From a virus (Duplodnaviria > Caudoviricetes): a stretch of DNA of 64,000 nucleotides. Positions 41,720-50,479 of this stretch are shown here, one piece after another. The notes under the pieces were generated by a model that saw nothing but the letters and a program-made list of their open reading frames with translations, had not been told where the DNA came from and did not search any database. The stretch's first letter is position 1. The number at the start of each line of letters is the position of its first letter. The DNA lies in IMG/VR virus record IMGVR_UViG_3300044630_004720. The stretch is one strand, 5' to 3'. Position numbers and translations under genes: made by a program.

Positions 41720-43096
41720 ATGAACAATTGGTTTAGTAAAAATTACAAAACATTAATTATCGCCGCGTTTTTGATTCCAATCATCACCGTGGCGATAGTT
41801 TCTATTTCACACGTTACCAAATGGTACGGAATATCAAATCCCGTTACTTGGTCCGTGTATCTATCCATTGGTGTTGAGATTGCGGCATTATCGGCACTTG
41901 CAGCAATATCGGCTAATATGGGTAAAAAAGTATATTTCCCATTTGCAATTGTAACACTTGTACAATTCATTGGTAACATATTTTTTGCATATTCATTTAT
42001 TGATATTAATTCACAATCATTTAAAGATTGGGTTGGTTTGGTTTCACCATTGGTGGAGTTTATGGGGGTAGAACCAACAGATTTTGTTGGTCATAAAAGA
42101 TTTTTAGCATTTTTTGCTGGTGGTATGTTACCAATCATCTCACTTTCATTCCTCCATATGTTAGTTAAGTTTACAGAAGAAGATAGATTAAAACAATCAA
42201 CTCAAGATAAACCAAAAGAAGAACCTATTGTAGACCCAAGTGAATTTGCAAGAGTTCATTTATCAGAGAATGATTTAAAAGTGTTGGAGGAAGCATTATT
42301 AAATCCACCACCCCCAAATGAAGCCTTAATTAAAGCTGCCGAAAAATATAAAGAAATGACCGATGAGGAAATTTTGAAAAAGGCGGAACAAATCAAATTA
42401 CAAAGAACTTGGGATATTGTTACAAAAGTAACCAGAGATAGAGAAGAGAAATTCGGACCAATGAATCCTGAAGATGAACCGTTTGGGCCTTTGGCAAATT
42501 CCGAACATCGAGAAAAACAAGAGTCTATCTTTCCAGAAGAGGTTGAATATTCTGACGAATATTTTAAGCCGTCATATACATTTACTGAGAACCCAACACA
42601 AGAAGAACGTAAACAAATTCTCATCGATATGATGCAACAAGACCAAGAGTTGGGATTGTATGATGAACCGTTTGATAATCCAATGGTTACGGAACCTGAT
42701 GAAGTTATTCCTGCATTATCTGATGAAGAAGTAAGAGAAATGTTTATGGATGAGTGGGAAAATAAGTACGATTTAGTTGAAGAAGATGAAGAAGAACCTA
42801 ATTATGTTCCGTCATTTGAAGAACAAAACCAAAACTTTAACTCATTCGTCGTTCCTGTTGTGAATGATGAACCCGAAACAACGCCTGAACCAATTGTCAC
42901 CCCTCAAGAAGTACAACGTATTAACTTGGATGTGGAGTTAATAAATCAAACATTGGAACAAGCCAATCAAATTATAGATACACCCGAAATAGAGGTTGAA
43001 GTGTCTAACAATTGGAACGAACCACAAGTGGAAGAGCAAGTTCAATCCCCTCAAGAAACCGAGGAGGAGTTAAAAAAAAAAGTTCAGAACAGTTAG
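41720..43096 (+). CDS. Membrane protein (N-terminal TM helices) with a long acidic tail
   Basis: Four hydrophobic segments in the first ~150 aa, then an E/D/P-rich region. Ends just after an A10 run. Confidence 0.7.
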   Translation: MNNWFSKNYKTLIIAAFLIPIITVAIVSISHVTKWYGISNPVTWSVYLSIGVEIAALSALAAISANMGKKVYFPFAIVTLVQFIGNIFFAYSFIDINSQSFKDWVGLVSPLVEFMGVEPTDFVGHKRFLAFFAGGMLPIISLSFLHMLVKFTEEDRLKQSTQDKPKEEPIVDPSEFARVHLSENDLKVLEEALLNPPPPNEALIKAAEKYKEMTDEEILKKAEQIKLQRTWDIVTKVTRDREEKFGPMNPEDEPFGPLANSEHREKQESIFPEEVEYSDEYFKPSYTFTENPTQEERKQILIDMMQQDQELGLYDEPFDNPMVTEPDEVIPALSDEEVREMFMDEWENKYDLVEEDEEEPNYVPSFEEQNQNFNSFVVPVVNDEPETTPEPIVTPQEVQRINLDVELINQTLEQANQIIDTPEIEVEVSNNWNEPQVEEQVQSPQETEEELKKKVQNS

Positions 43097-43338
43097 TAGA
43101 AGAAGAATCGGAAACTACTTTTTTGTCGACACAAACCCCTTCTGAAATTGACGAACTTTATTTAGAATCAGATGAAGAGAACCCTCTTCAGATAATTTAT
43201 GACTTAGACAACGATAGGGTTATTGTACCCACTTCCGAGGAAGATAGTTCAATTTTGGACGAACAATCACCGTCTGAACCAATAAGAAAAACCTTCAAGA
43301 GAAATGTTGGAAATTCAAGACGTAGGAATTCTCGATGA
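43072..43338 (+). CDS. Probable -1 frame extension of the preceding gene across the A10 run
   Basis: Acidic composition (SSEQLVEEESETT...) appears only after the A-run in this frame and matches the upstream tail. Confidence 0.45.
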   Translation, partial: KKKSSEQLVEEESETTFLSTQTPSEIDELYLESDEENPLQIIYDLDNDRVIVPTSEEDSSILDEQSPSEPIRKTFKRNVGNSRRRNSR

Positions 43339-43918
43339 GAATGAGTTAAACGTAGTTAAAAGAACAAGTAAAAAGACTCAAATTTTATTATACGATACTC
43401 AAAGAAGAACCGATAATTTCGTTGCGAAGTTAAAAAACAGGAAGAACGGTAAGTACGAAGACATCCCACATTACATTATAACGAAGTTAGGAGTCATTTA
43501 CAGGGTCTTTGATACCAAGTACAGTTCCAACACCTTTAACGACCCTAAAGTCGATAAAAAACAGATTAAAATTGCTTTGGAGAACCTTGGTTGGTTAAAT
43601 AAAAACACCATATCGGGGTTCTTGGTCAATTGGATTGGAGACCCATATAGGTCTGAACCGCACATTCGTAATTGGAGAGGCCATTATTTTTGGGATAAGT
43701 ACACTGATGAGCAGAAAACCTCATTGGTGAGACTTTGTACTTTTTTGTGTATGAAACACGATATCCCCTATCAAACAGTACCATCGCAGGGTTTTATAGA
43801 AAACCTATCTAAATTCAAGGGGATTGTATGCAAATCAAACTTTCTGAATATTTATACAGATATAAACCCATCATTCGATTTTAGAATATTTTATAACGAT
43901 GCAAAAGACAAAAAATAG
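43304..43918 (+). CDS. N-acetylmuramoyl-L-alanine amidase (Amidase_2) fold, apparently lacking Zn-binding His residues
   Basis: QILLYDT (canonical LHHT), PHYIITKLG, IALENLGWL, YTDEQ..SL..L, GIVCKSN, TDINP. Confidence 0.7.
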   Translation: MLEIQDVGILDENELNVVKRTSKKTQILLYDTQRRTDNFVAKLKNRKNGKYEDIPHYIITKLGVIYRVFDTKYSSNTFNDPKVDKKQIKIALENLGWLNKNTISGFLVNWIGDPYRSEPHIRNWRGHYFWDKYTDEQKTSLVRLCTFLCMKHDIPYQTVPSQGFIENLSKFKGIVCKSNFLNIYTDINPSFDFRIFYNDAKDKK

Positions 43919-44438
43919 TTACGATGAGATAAAAGGGATGTTGAAGACTATGAGAAGTTTCAACAGACCAAACTCATACGGTAGTCTCAAAGAGGAAATA
44001 CAGCCACAACAACCACAAAATCCGGTACCGGCAGGTAATGACCAACAACAATCAGGAGAGGAAAAGAAAGATTTTACCATTGTTAACAATGTTGAAGTTC
44101 GTTTTAATTCAACGGATAGTACCGATTTACAATTAAAAGACGATGAAAAAACAAAAATTTCAGGTCTAATTGACGCTTTTCGTACCGAAGTTTCTGAATT
44201 AACTGAGTTTGGTAAACTTAATGTCTATCCTGATAGTGTAAAATTAGAAGGTAGAGTTGGAAATCTAAATTTAGATTTTATGTTGTCAGCTGGTGATGAT
44301 AATGGAACTTATTTGTCAAACACATCACTTTTAAAATTGACTCCTGAAATTATGGATATGTTGAACAAACTCAAAAAATTTGAGACAAAGTTCACTGATG
44401 AGATGAATAACTTAATATTAACAAGAAGACAAAATTAA
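43899..44438 (+). CDS. Hypothetical protein
   Basis: 179-aa ORF in a coupled operon. Confidence 0.6.
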   Translation: MQKTKNSYDEIKGMLKTMRSFNRPNSYGSLKEEIQPQQPQNPVPAGNDQQQSGEEKKDFTIVNNVEVRFNSTDSTDLQLKDDEKTKISGLIDAFRTEVSELTEFGKLNVYPDSVKLEGRVGNLNLDFMLSAGDDNGTYLSNTSLLKLTPEIMDMLNKLKKFETKFTDEMNNLILTRRQN

Positions 44439-44439
44439 T

Positions 44440-44679
44440 ATGCCATTAACATCTGCAGATAAAGCCGAAGTTGAAAAGATAGCCCGTAAAGAGATTAAAG
44501 ACTTTATGGATAGTACTCAAGCTCAAAATCTTGTCGTTAAAATAATTCAAAAAGAATTAGGAACTAAAAAAATAGACGATAAAATTGTGGACTTGTCTAC
44601 TAAGGTGGTTGTGGAGTTATTCAAAACTCTTTGGCAAAGAAAGTCATTTTGGGAAACATCATTAAAAAATGTTAGATAA
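44440..44679 (+). CDS. Hypothetical protein
   Basis: 79-aa helical ORF in a coupled operon. Confidence 0.55.
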   Translation: MPLTSADKAEVEKIARKEIKDFMDSTQAQNLVVKIIQKELGTKKIDDKIVDLSTKVVVELFKTLWQRKSFWETSLKNVR

Positions 44680-45517
44680 TTTAAAATATAGAAAACCCAA
44701 CTTCAGCCGAGAATGGTTAGAAGCTAACAGATATCCTGAATTTCAAGATATAGGGAAATCAGGATGGTTAGAACTTGCACCAAATGGAAGTGTTGTAAGA
44801 TATTCAAACATTAAGGATGTTCTTGGGAATGTTAATTTAGATTTTGATTCATTAGAAAAAGATAAAAAACAGAGATTTATTGAGGACTATAAAACAGGTA
44901 TAATTGAAGTACCTATTGCCGTTAAATTTAATGATTTCGAATATGATTTATTGGGTGGTAACACCAGATTAGCGGGATTAGTTAGAATAGGTCACGACCC
45001 TAAGATTTGGGTAGTCCAAGCACCTGGTTGGGATTATGATGATTCTGAAGAATCTCTTGGTGGAGAAATGGAAACCAACGAAGTTACGGGAGCATTATCT
45101 TCAGGTGCATATGTTGGTGCGATGACTATGACAAAAGGTGATGTTGAAAAAATACACAACTCTAAATTGAATGAAGCAATTGATTCAGGAGTATCCGCGG
45201 GTGCCGCATATGATGTTCCTTTATTCGGTGCTAACCCAAGGGGAGGACGTAAGGACCCACTTAAAATAGATGGACCTGAGAGTATTGGTAAGGGAAGAGC
45301 GGTTAAAGATAAAAACTTTCCGAAATGGGGAGGACCCGGTGGTGTATTCATTAAAATCAAAGAAAAGTGTAAAAAATTCCCTTATTGTAATCAGGGAGAC
45401 ATAAATAACATTGAGATTCTTCGTGAATCAATAAATGAACTATCCAAAAAACACGGATTATCTACTCAACAAGTGGAAAATATCGTATTAAAAGGAATTA
45501 AAGATATATTTATTTAG
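44669..45517 (+). CDS. ParB/Srx-like N-terminal domain fused to a C-terminal KCKKFPYCNQG module
   Basis: VPIAVK...YDLLGGNTRLAGL...IWVV resembles the ParB-like core. Confidence 0.5.
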   Translation: MLDNLKYRKPNFSREWLEANRYPEFQDIGKSGWLELAPNGSVVRYSNIKDVLGNVNLDFDSLEKDKKQRFIEDYKTGIIEVPIAVKFNDFEYDLLGGNTRLAGLVRIGHDPKIWVVQAPGWDYDDSEESLGGEMETNEVTGALSSGAYVGAMTMTKGDVEKIHNSKLNEAIDSGVSAGAAYDVPLFGANPRGGRKDPLKIDGPESIGKGRAVKDKNFPKWGGPGGVFIKIKEKCKKFPYCNQGDINNIEILRESINELSKKHGLSTQQVENIVLKGIKDIFI

Positions 45518-45518
45518 T

Positions 45519-47057
45519 ATGAAATCTAATGAATTAAATGACATCATATCAAGAGTTCTTGAAGAAGAAGTAAAGAACGCAATACTTTCCGAATCTAAAA
45601 AAGATAAAAAGGTTGTTTATCACGTTACTTGTGAAGGTGAACCGTTAGCAACATTTAATACTTTAGATGAAGCTAAACAATGGTGTGAGGAAAACAAACA
45701 CAGTAAAGAGCTTAAGGGAAAGAAGAAGTTATTGATAGATAAGAAAACATATAACTCTTATGAAGATATGATTGAGACATTAGATGAAATGGGTAAACAA
45801 TTAGAAGAAAAAGAAAATACAGATATGAAAAACCAAGACACAAACGAAAACTTTGGATACGCAGCAATGATGGGGTGTAAAGGAGGTGAAGATGAATTTG
45901 AATTCCCTAAAGGTAGCGGTAAAAAACACAAATGCACCACAACAATGAAAGAATTAGAAGAGGAAGAAGGAATGTGCGAAGGTGCAGGTTGTTCTGGCGA
46001 TGTAATGGAAACCCAAGAAGTTTGTGAAACTTGTGGATGTAAAGAGTGTGAGTGTGGTAAAAAAGAAACCAAAGAAGGATTAAAAGGAAAACAAAAAAAC
46101 TTAGATGTTGATGGTGATGGAGATATTGAGGGTGACGATTTAGAGGATTTAAGAAAAGGTAAGAAAACTAAAAAGATAAACGAGAATTTCAGACCAGGGG
46201 TTGATTTAGGTAAATCATTTGAAAAATTCAAATTACAAATGAAAGATGATGATATGTCTGAACCACTTGATGATTTTGATACTCAAATACAACCAGAAGA
46301 AATGCCGGGTAGTTCAACACACGACGACCACGAAGATTTCTTTAATCAGGCTAAACAAGAGATTGAAGAAGGTGATAAAGGTTTGTGTGAAGAATGTGGC
46401 ACAATGTTGAATGAAGAAGGTATGTGTTTGGAATGTGGTGGAGGAAAGATGTATGAGTCTAAGAAATCTGTAAAAGTTAGACTTACAGAAGCCGAATTAA
46501 TGGAAATGATTACTAAAATTGTTAAAGAATCAGTACCCGGTTTAGAAGCAGTAAAAAGAGCTCATAGTCAAGCGGACGATAAAGATTTAAAAGATTCTGG
46601 AGAGAAAATAATAAATTATTTAAAGTTCTCAGGAAATACCAACCCTGAATTCCCACAACAAGTTGGTGAAGATAAAGAAAAGGAAGCGTATAGAAATACG
46701 AAAGATGAGAATGAATATGTAGACACTTACAGAGGTAAAGGTTTACAAGATTTAGATTACGATAACAAACCTTCAAAAGAGTTTATCGAAAGATTGAGAA
46801 TGGCTTTAGAAGGTGACCCTAAAATGGGTAATGGACAAAAAGACACCGCAAATACTATTCCAAGTAATGTTGGAAAGGATTTGTATAATTCAATAGATAA
46901 GGAAAAAGAAAAAAGGGAAGAAGAATTAGTTTCATATGTAAAGGACCCAGCACCTACCACAGATGTAAACGAATCTGAAAAGAAGTCAAAAGAAGTAGTT
47001 CTTGAAGAAATTAAGAGAATGAAAGATATGGCATCTTATAATAAGAAAACTCAGTAA
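45519..47057 (+). CDS. Acidic low-complexity protein, probable head-internal/scaffold type
   Basis: E/K-rich with repeated NE/ES sites, Cys clusters (CETCGCKECEC, CEECG...CLEC), an EF-hand-like LDVDGDGDIEGDD, and VRLTEAEL. Preceded by TATTTAT. Confidence 0.5.
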   Translation: MKSNELNDIISRVLEEEVKNAILSESKKDKKVVYHVTCEGEPLATFNTLDEAKQWCEENKHSKELKGKKKLLIDKKTYNSYEDMIETLDEMGKQLEEKENTDMKNQDTNENFGYAAMMGCKGGEDEFEFPKGSGKKHKCTTTMKELEEEEGMCEGAGCSGDVMETQEVCETCGCKECECGKKETKEGLKGKQKNLDVDGDGDIEGDDLEDLRKGKKTKKINENFRPGVDLGKSFEKFKLQMKDDDMSEPLDDFDTQIQPEEMPGSSTHDDHEDFFNQAKQEIEEGDKGLCEECGTMLNEEGMCLECGGGKMYESKKSVKVRLTEAELMEMITKIVKESVPGLEAVKRAHSQADDKDLKDSGEKIINYLKFSGNTNPEFPQQVGEDKEKEAYRNTKDENEYVDTYRGKGLQDLDYDNKPSKEFIERLRMALEGDPKMGNGQKDTANTIPSNVGKDLYNSIDKEKEKREEELVSYVKDPAPTTDVNESEKKSKEVVLEEIKRMKDMASYNKKTQ

Positions 47058-47108
47058 TCGTCTTCTTTTTGTTTTCTTTTATTCTTATATTTTAGTTATA
47101 GGATTTAT

Positions 47109-47564
47109 ATGGAAAACAGAGAAGGATATATTGAGTTTTTAACTTCGGAAAGTAATAAAAATCAAATCGACATTTGGTATAAGGCTTATAATATAACTCT
47201 TGAAAAAACAGAGTTATATTATGATTTTTTAATTGGTCTATTAGATTTAATCGAAACTACCTACTTAGGTGGAGACGTTCTTAATACACAAGAAAACATA
47301 AAGAATCATTTCGATTGGTGTTTTCAAAAAATCATCACAAATTTTACAAAAGAAGGTATTGAGTTCAAAGAAAGAGGACCTCACTATGAATATTTGTGGT
47401 TATTCTTTTATGAGGCGTTCTACATAAATGATTTAGAAGGTAATATAAATAGAATACGTGAATACTTTTATAAATTATTTACCTTTAATTATAAGAAGAC
47501 TCGCTCCGAGTTAGATATGCTGACAGAACTTTATAAATTGTTAGACCAAAACTTGAAAAAGTAA
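47109..47564 (+). CDS. Hypothetical protein
   Basis: 151-aa aromatic-rich helical ORF. Confidence 0.6.
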   Translation: MENREGYIEFLTSESNKNQIDIWYKAYNITLEKTELYYDFLIGLLDLIETTYLGGDVLNTQENIKNHFDWCFQKIITNFTKEGIEFKERGPHYEYLWLFFYEAFYINDLEGNINRIREYFYKLFTFNYKKTRSELDMLTELYKLLDQNLKK

Positions 47565-47581
47565 AATTTATTCCATATATT
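47553..47581 (+). promoter_or_regulatory. sigma70-like promoter
   Basis: TTGAAA (47553)-N17-TATATT (47576). Confidence 0.65.
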
Positions 47582-47606
47582 GGTATTAAAAACCAAATAA
47601 AATGAT

Positions 47607-47795
47607 ATGGAAACTTTAAAAAAAATCAAGGACTTGGTTGAAAAAATGTCTGTCGATACCCATAAAGTTTATGAGAAAGGAAATCGTAGTGCATCTATAC
47701 GTGCCAGAAAGTACGCTCAAGAAATAAAACAATTAATTGGAGTATATAGACGAGAAGTCTTGGAGGAAATTAAAAAATATGATACAGAAAGTTGA
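47607..47795 (+). CDS. Histone H1-like (Hc1 N-terminal family, Bacteroidota type) small protein
   Basis: YEKGNRSASIRARKYAQEIK matches the GNKAAGTRARK motif of the family. Confidence 0.75.
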   Translation: METLKKIKDLVEKMSVDTHKVYEKGNRSASIRARKYAQEIKQLIGVYRREVLEEIKKYDTES

Positions 47796-47970
47796 GTTGT
47801 TCCTTCTTGTTTTAAGTTTTGTTTATTGTTTCAAATTTATATTTGAATTCATAACAGCTTTAAAAGAAGATAACCCCGAACCGATTACAGTGTCGAATAC
47901 TGAACGTGTGTTTTTATACTTAGCGGTTGCGTATATAATAACATCACTAATAAACTTATTTATAAATTAA
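47779..47970 (+). CDS. Small two-TM membrane protein
   Basis: Two hydrophobic helices. Start set to ATG 47779. Confidence 0.55.
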   Translation: MIQKVELFLLVLSFVYCFKFIFEFITALKEDNPEPITVSNTERVFLYLAVAYIITSLINLFIN

Positions 47971-47976
47971 GAAATA

Positions 47977-48408
47977 GTGTACGAAAACATAAAAGGATTA
48001 AGACCTTACTTTTTTTCACTTCGTGAAATTGATAACAATGTCAGTCTTGACATTAAATTTCCATTGACTTGGAAATATGAGAGCATCATTTCACAATATA
48101 AATTAGTTAAGGCCAAAGTTCAAGATAAGAATGATAAGTTTCATTTGGTGTCCTTAGTATCAACAGCAACACAAGAGGGATATGATGTAGTTTTTGCTTG
48201 TGCTGGAGAAGTGATAGTAGTAAACAAAGAAGAGGAAGAAAAACAAAGACTATTTCACGCAAAAGTTAAGGAGTTACAGGCATTATTTCAAAATCAGTCA
48301 TTAGACAAATTAAAAGAAATTAGTTTTATTGATACTTATGGACAAGAAGATTCAACAGGGTCTGGAGTGGTTGGAGAAGGAGAGGACGAAGGACAAGAAA
48401 GAGATTAA
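47977..48408 (+). CDS. Hypothetical protein
   Basis: GTG-start ORF in the operon. Confidence 0.55.
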   Translation: MYENIKGLRPYFFSLREIDNNVSLDIKFPLTWKYESIISQYKLVKAKVQDKNDKFHLVSLVSTATQEGYDVVFACAGEVIVVNKEEEEKQRLFHAKVKELQALFQNQSLDKLKEISFIDTYGQEDSTGSGVVGEGEDEGQERD

Positions 48409-48541
48409 CAACCACAAAGAAAAAATGATTAAAGAAATTAAATCATTAGATAAAACAAAGATGTTTGAAAAACCCGAAAAACCAAAAATATCTTTGTTTA
48501 AAAAAATTCTACTAATATTGGGTTATGGAAAAAAAGGGTGA
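48338..48541 (+). CDS. Hypothetical basic protein
   Basis: Short ORF overlapping its neighbours. Confidence 0.45.
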   Translation: MDKKIQQGLEWLEKERTKDKKEINNHKEKMIKEIKSLDKTKMFEKPEKPKISLFKKILLILGYGKKG

Positions 48542-48758
48542 TTTTTTAAATCAGATTGCAATCATATCCGACTTATTAGAAAAAATTAATACAGAATCCG
48601 AATCAAAAACTATTATATTCGAACTAAACGATTCTGAGTTTAGTAGAATTCATAAATTGATAAACGAAAAAACAAAAGGAAATATTACAACCGTTAAAAA
48701 TAAATTTTCAATAGTGGTTGGTGAGGTCAATATTATTTTTAGTAAGAGTAGTGTCTAA
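48525..48758 (+). CDS. Hypothetical protein
   Basis: Short ORF overlapping its neighbours. Confidence 0.45.
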   Translation: MEKKGDFLNQIAIISDLLEKINTESESKTIIFELNDSEFSRIHKLINEKTKGNITTVKNKFSIVVGEVNIIFSKSSV

Positions 48759-49377
48759 ACAATTCAGTTCTTTTATATCCCTTTTCCACCAGTAAATTAT
48801 ACAATAACTTTCTTTGATGTGTGGTTATGTCTTTCACAAAGATAAAGTTACTTTTCTTCCTTTTTAATAAATCATCACGGATAATTGCAAATAATCTATC
48901 CGAATCATCCAAGTTCTTGTTACCGAACATTTTCACATTATTATCAACTTGTAAAAATATTTTATTATTTAAAGTGAAAACTTGTGCAATGTCTTTTACT
49001 GAAATAAATTGTTCAATTAGTTCGTGATATCTAATTCTTTTTTTTGCATCAAAGTCATAAACTAATTCTTCAACCCAATAAGGTATCAGTTCTTTAATTC
49101 TTTGTTTGTCATTATCAATTGTAGCCTCTAAATTTCTCCCCATATCATCTTTAATGAAGGTTTTAGTTGACCATCTAGTGTTAGGAAAAATTAATGCTAA
49201 TTCGTAATTGGTGGATTCTCTTTTTCGACCTGAATTTGTTTTGACGTATGGTGGTTTTTTCTCTGTTTTTAGTTCACGCCAAATTTCTAAAATGGTAGAC
49301 CTCTTAGCTGATTTGTGAATGATTTTTTGTTTCTTTCGGTTACAATATAGATATATAAAATATTTGTAATTAATCAT
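48739..49377 (-). CDS. Hypothetical basic protein
   Basis: 212-aa minus-strand ORF with no competing plus-strand gene. Confidence 0.7.
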   Translation of the reverse strand: MINYKYFIYLYCNRKKQKIIHKSAKRSTILEIWRELKTEKKPPYVKTNSGRKRESTNYELALIFPNTRWSTKTFIKDDMGRNLEATIDNDKQRIKELIPYWVEELVYDFDAKKRIRYHELIEQFISVKDIAQVFTLNNKIFLQVDNNVKMFGNKNLDDSDRLFAIIRDDLLKRKKSNFIFVKDITTHQRKLLYNLLVEKGYKRTELFRHYSY

Positions 49378-49526
49378 AGAAACTTACCTATTAATGTAAC
49401 CAAACCATAAATTGCCAACGTACCACCAACTAAAATACCCAACAAAACCATCTTTGTGATTCTGTCGGTTTTTTCGATGAATCTTTCTTGCTCATCTCTC
49501 GCTTTTTTACATTCTGAACACGCCAT
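49374..49526 (-). CDS. Small CxxC protein with a C-terminal TM helix (not in the ORF track)
   Basis: Translated by hand: MACSECKKARDEQERFIEKTDRITKMVLLGILVGGTLAIYGLVTLIGKFL*. ATGA overlap with the next gene. Confidence 0.7.
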   Translation of the reverse strand: MACSECKKARDEQERFIEKTDRITKMVLLGILVGGTLAIYGLVTLIGKFL

Positions 49527-49531
49527 AATAA

Positions 49532-49560
49532 AATATAACTATATTTCAATTAAAAATCAA
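49532..49560 (-). promoter_or_regulatory. sigma70-like promoter for the minus-strand pair
   Basis: On the minus strand: TTGATT-N17-TATATT, 5 nt before ATG 49526. Confidence 0.6.
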
Positions 49561-49615
49561 ACCAATTTCTTTTTCCAATTTTTTTTGTTTATATTTTTTT
49601 TATAAGCGAAAAAAT

Positions 49616-50452
49616 ATGATTTCATACATTGGAGGAAAAGCCAGAATTGGTAAGTGGATAAAAGAATATATTCCGCAGGACATCGAAACGTATGTGGAGG
49701 GATTTTCAGGTATGTTTTGGGTCTTTTTTAATATGGACTTAAAGAAATACCCAAACCTTAAGACTGTTGTATATAACGACTATAATAGGTTAAATCATAA
49801 CCTAATGAAATGGGCTAAAGACTATGATGTTTTGTGGGAAGGGTTGTCACATTACCCCTGTCAACAATTGGGTGTTGTTGATACCCCACCTCAGTATGGA
49901 CAAATGTTCAATCAATATCAACAAGAGATATTTGATGAGAACTTAGTTATTACTGATGAGAATAGTTTAGAGATTGCGTGTAAATACGTTTATGTATTAG
50001 GTCAGGTGTTTTCCGGTTCTAAACCTGAAACCGCGTCCTATATGGATTACAAGGGAAAGTACAGATGTAAGGTTTTAGTTTTTATGGATAAATTAAAAAA
50101 TCCAAAGTATCGTGAACACTTTGACAAAATAACATTTGTTGAAAATAAGGACTTTCAAGAAGTGGTTGAAAAATATGATTCACCTACAACTTACTTCTAT
50201 ATGGACCCACCATATTGGAAGACTGAAAACTATTATTCAAATCACGATTTTGATGTGAATGACCACACAAGACTTGCGGAATGTATCAAAGGTATTCAAG
50301 GTAAATTCAGTCTATCATATTATGATTTTCCACAATTATCACAATGGTTCCCTAAAGACCAATATAGATGGGAACAGAAAGATTTTAGTAAAGCCGCGTC
50401 AACTAAAAAGGAAAAGAATATGGGAACAGAACTTCTAATTATGAACTACTAA
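49616..50452 (+). CDS. N6-adenine DNA methyltransferase, Dam/D12 class
   Basis: SYIGGK, YVEGFSG (motif I variant), NDYN and YMDPPY (motif IV). Confidence 0.88.
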   Translation: MISYIGGKARIGKWIKEYIPQDIETYVEGFSGMFWVFFNMDLKKYPNLKTVVYNDYNRLNHNLMKWAKDYDVLWEGLSHYPCQQLGVVDTPPQYGQMFNQYQQEIFDENLVITDENSLEIACKYVYVLGQVFSGSKPETASYMDYKGKYRCKVLVFMDKLKNPKYREHFDKITFVENKDFQEVVEKYDSPTTYFYMDPPYWKTENYYSNHDFDVNDHTRLAECIKGIQGKFSLSYYDFPQLSQWFPKDQYRWEQKDFSKAASTKKEKNMGTELLIMNY

Positions 50453-50479
50453 GTTCATATTTATTAAAATATACAGTTT

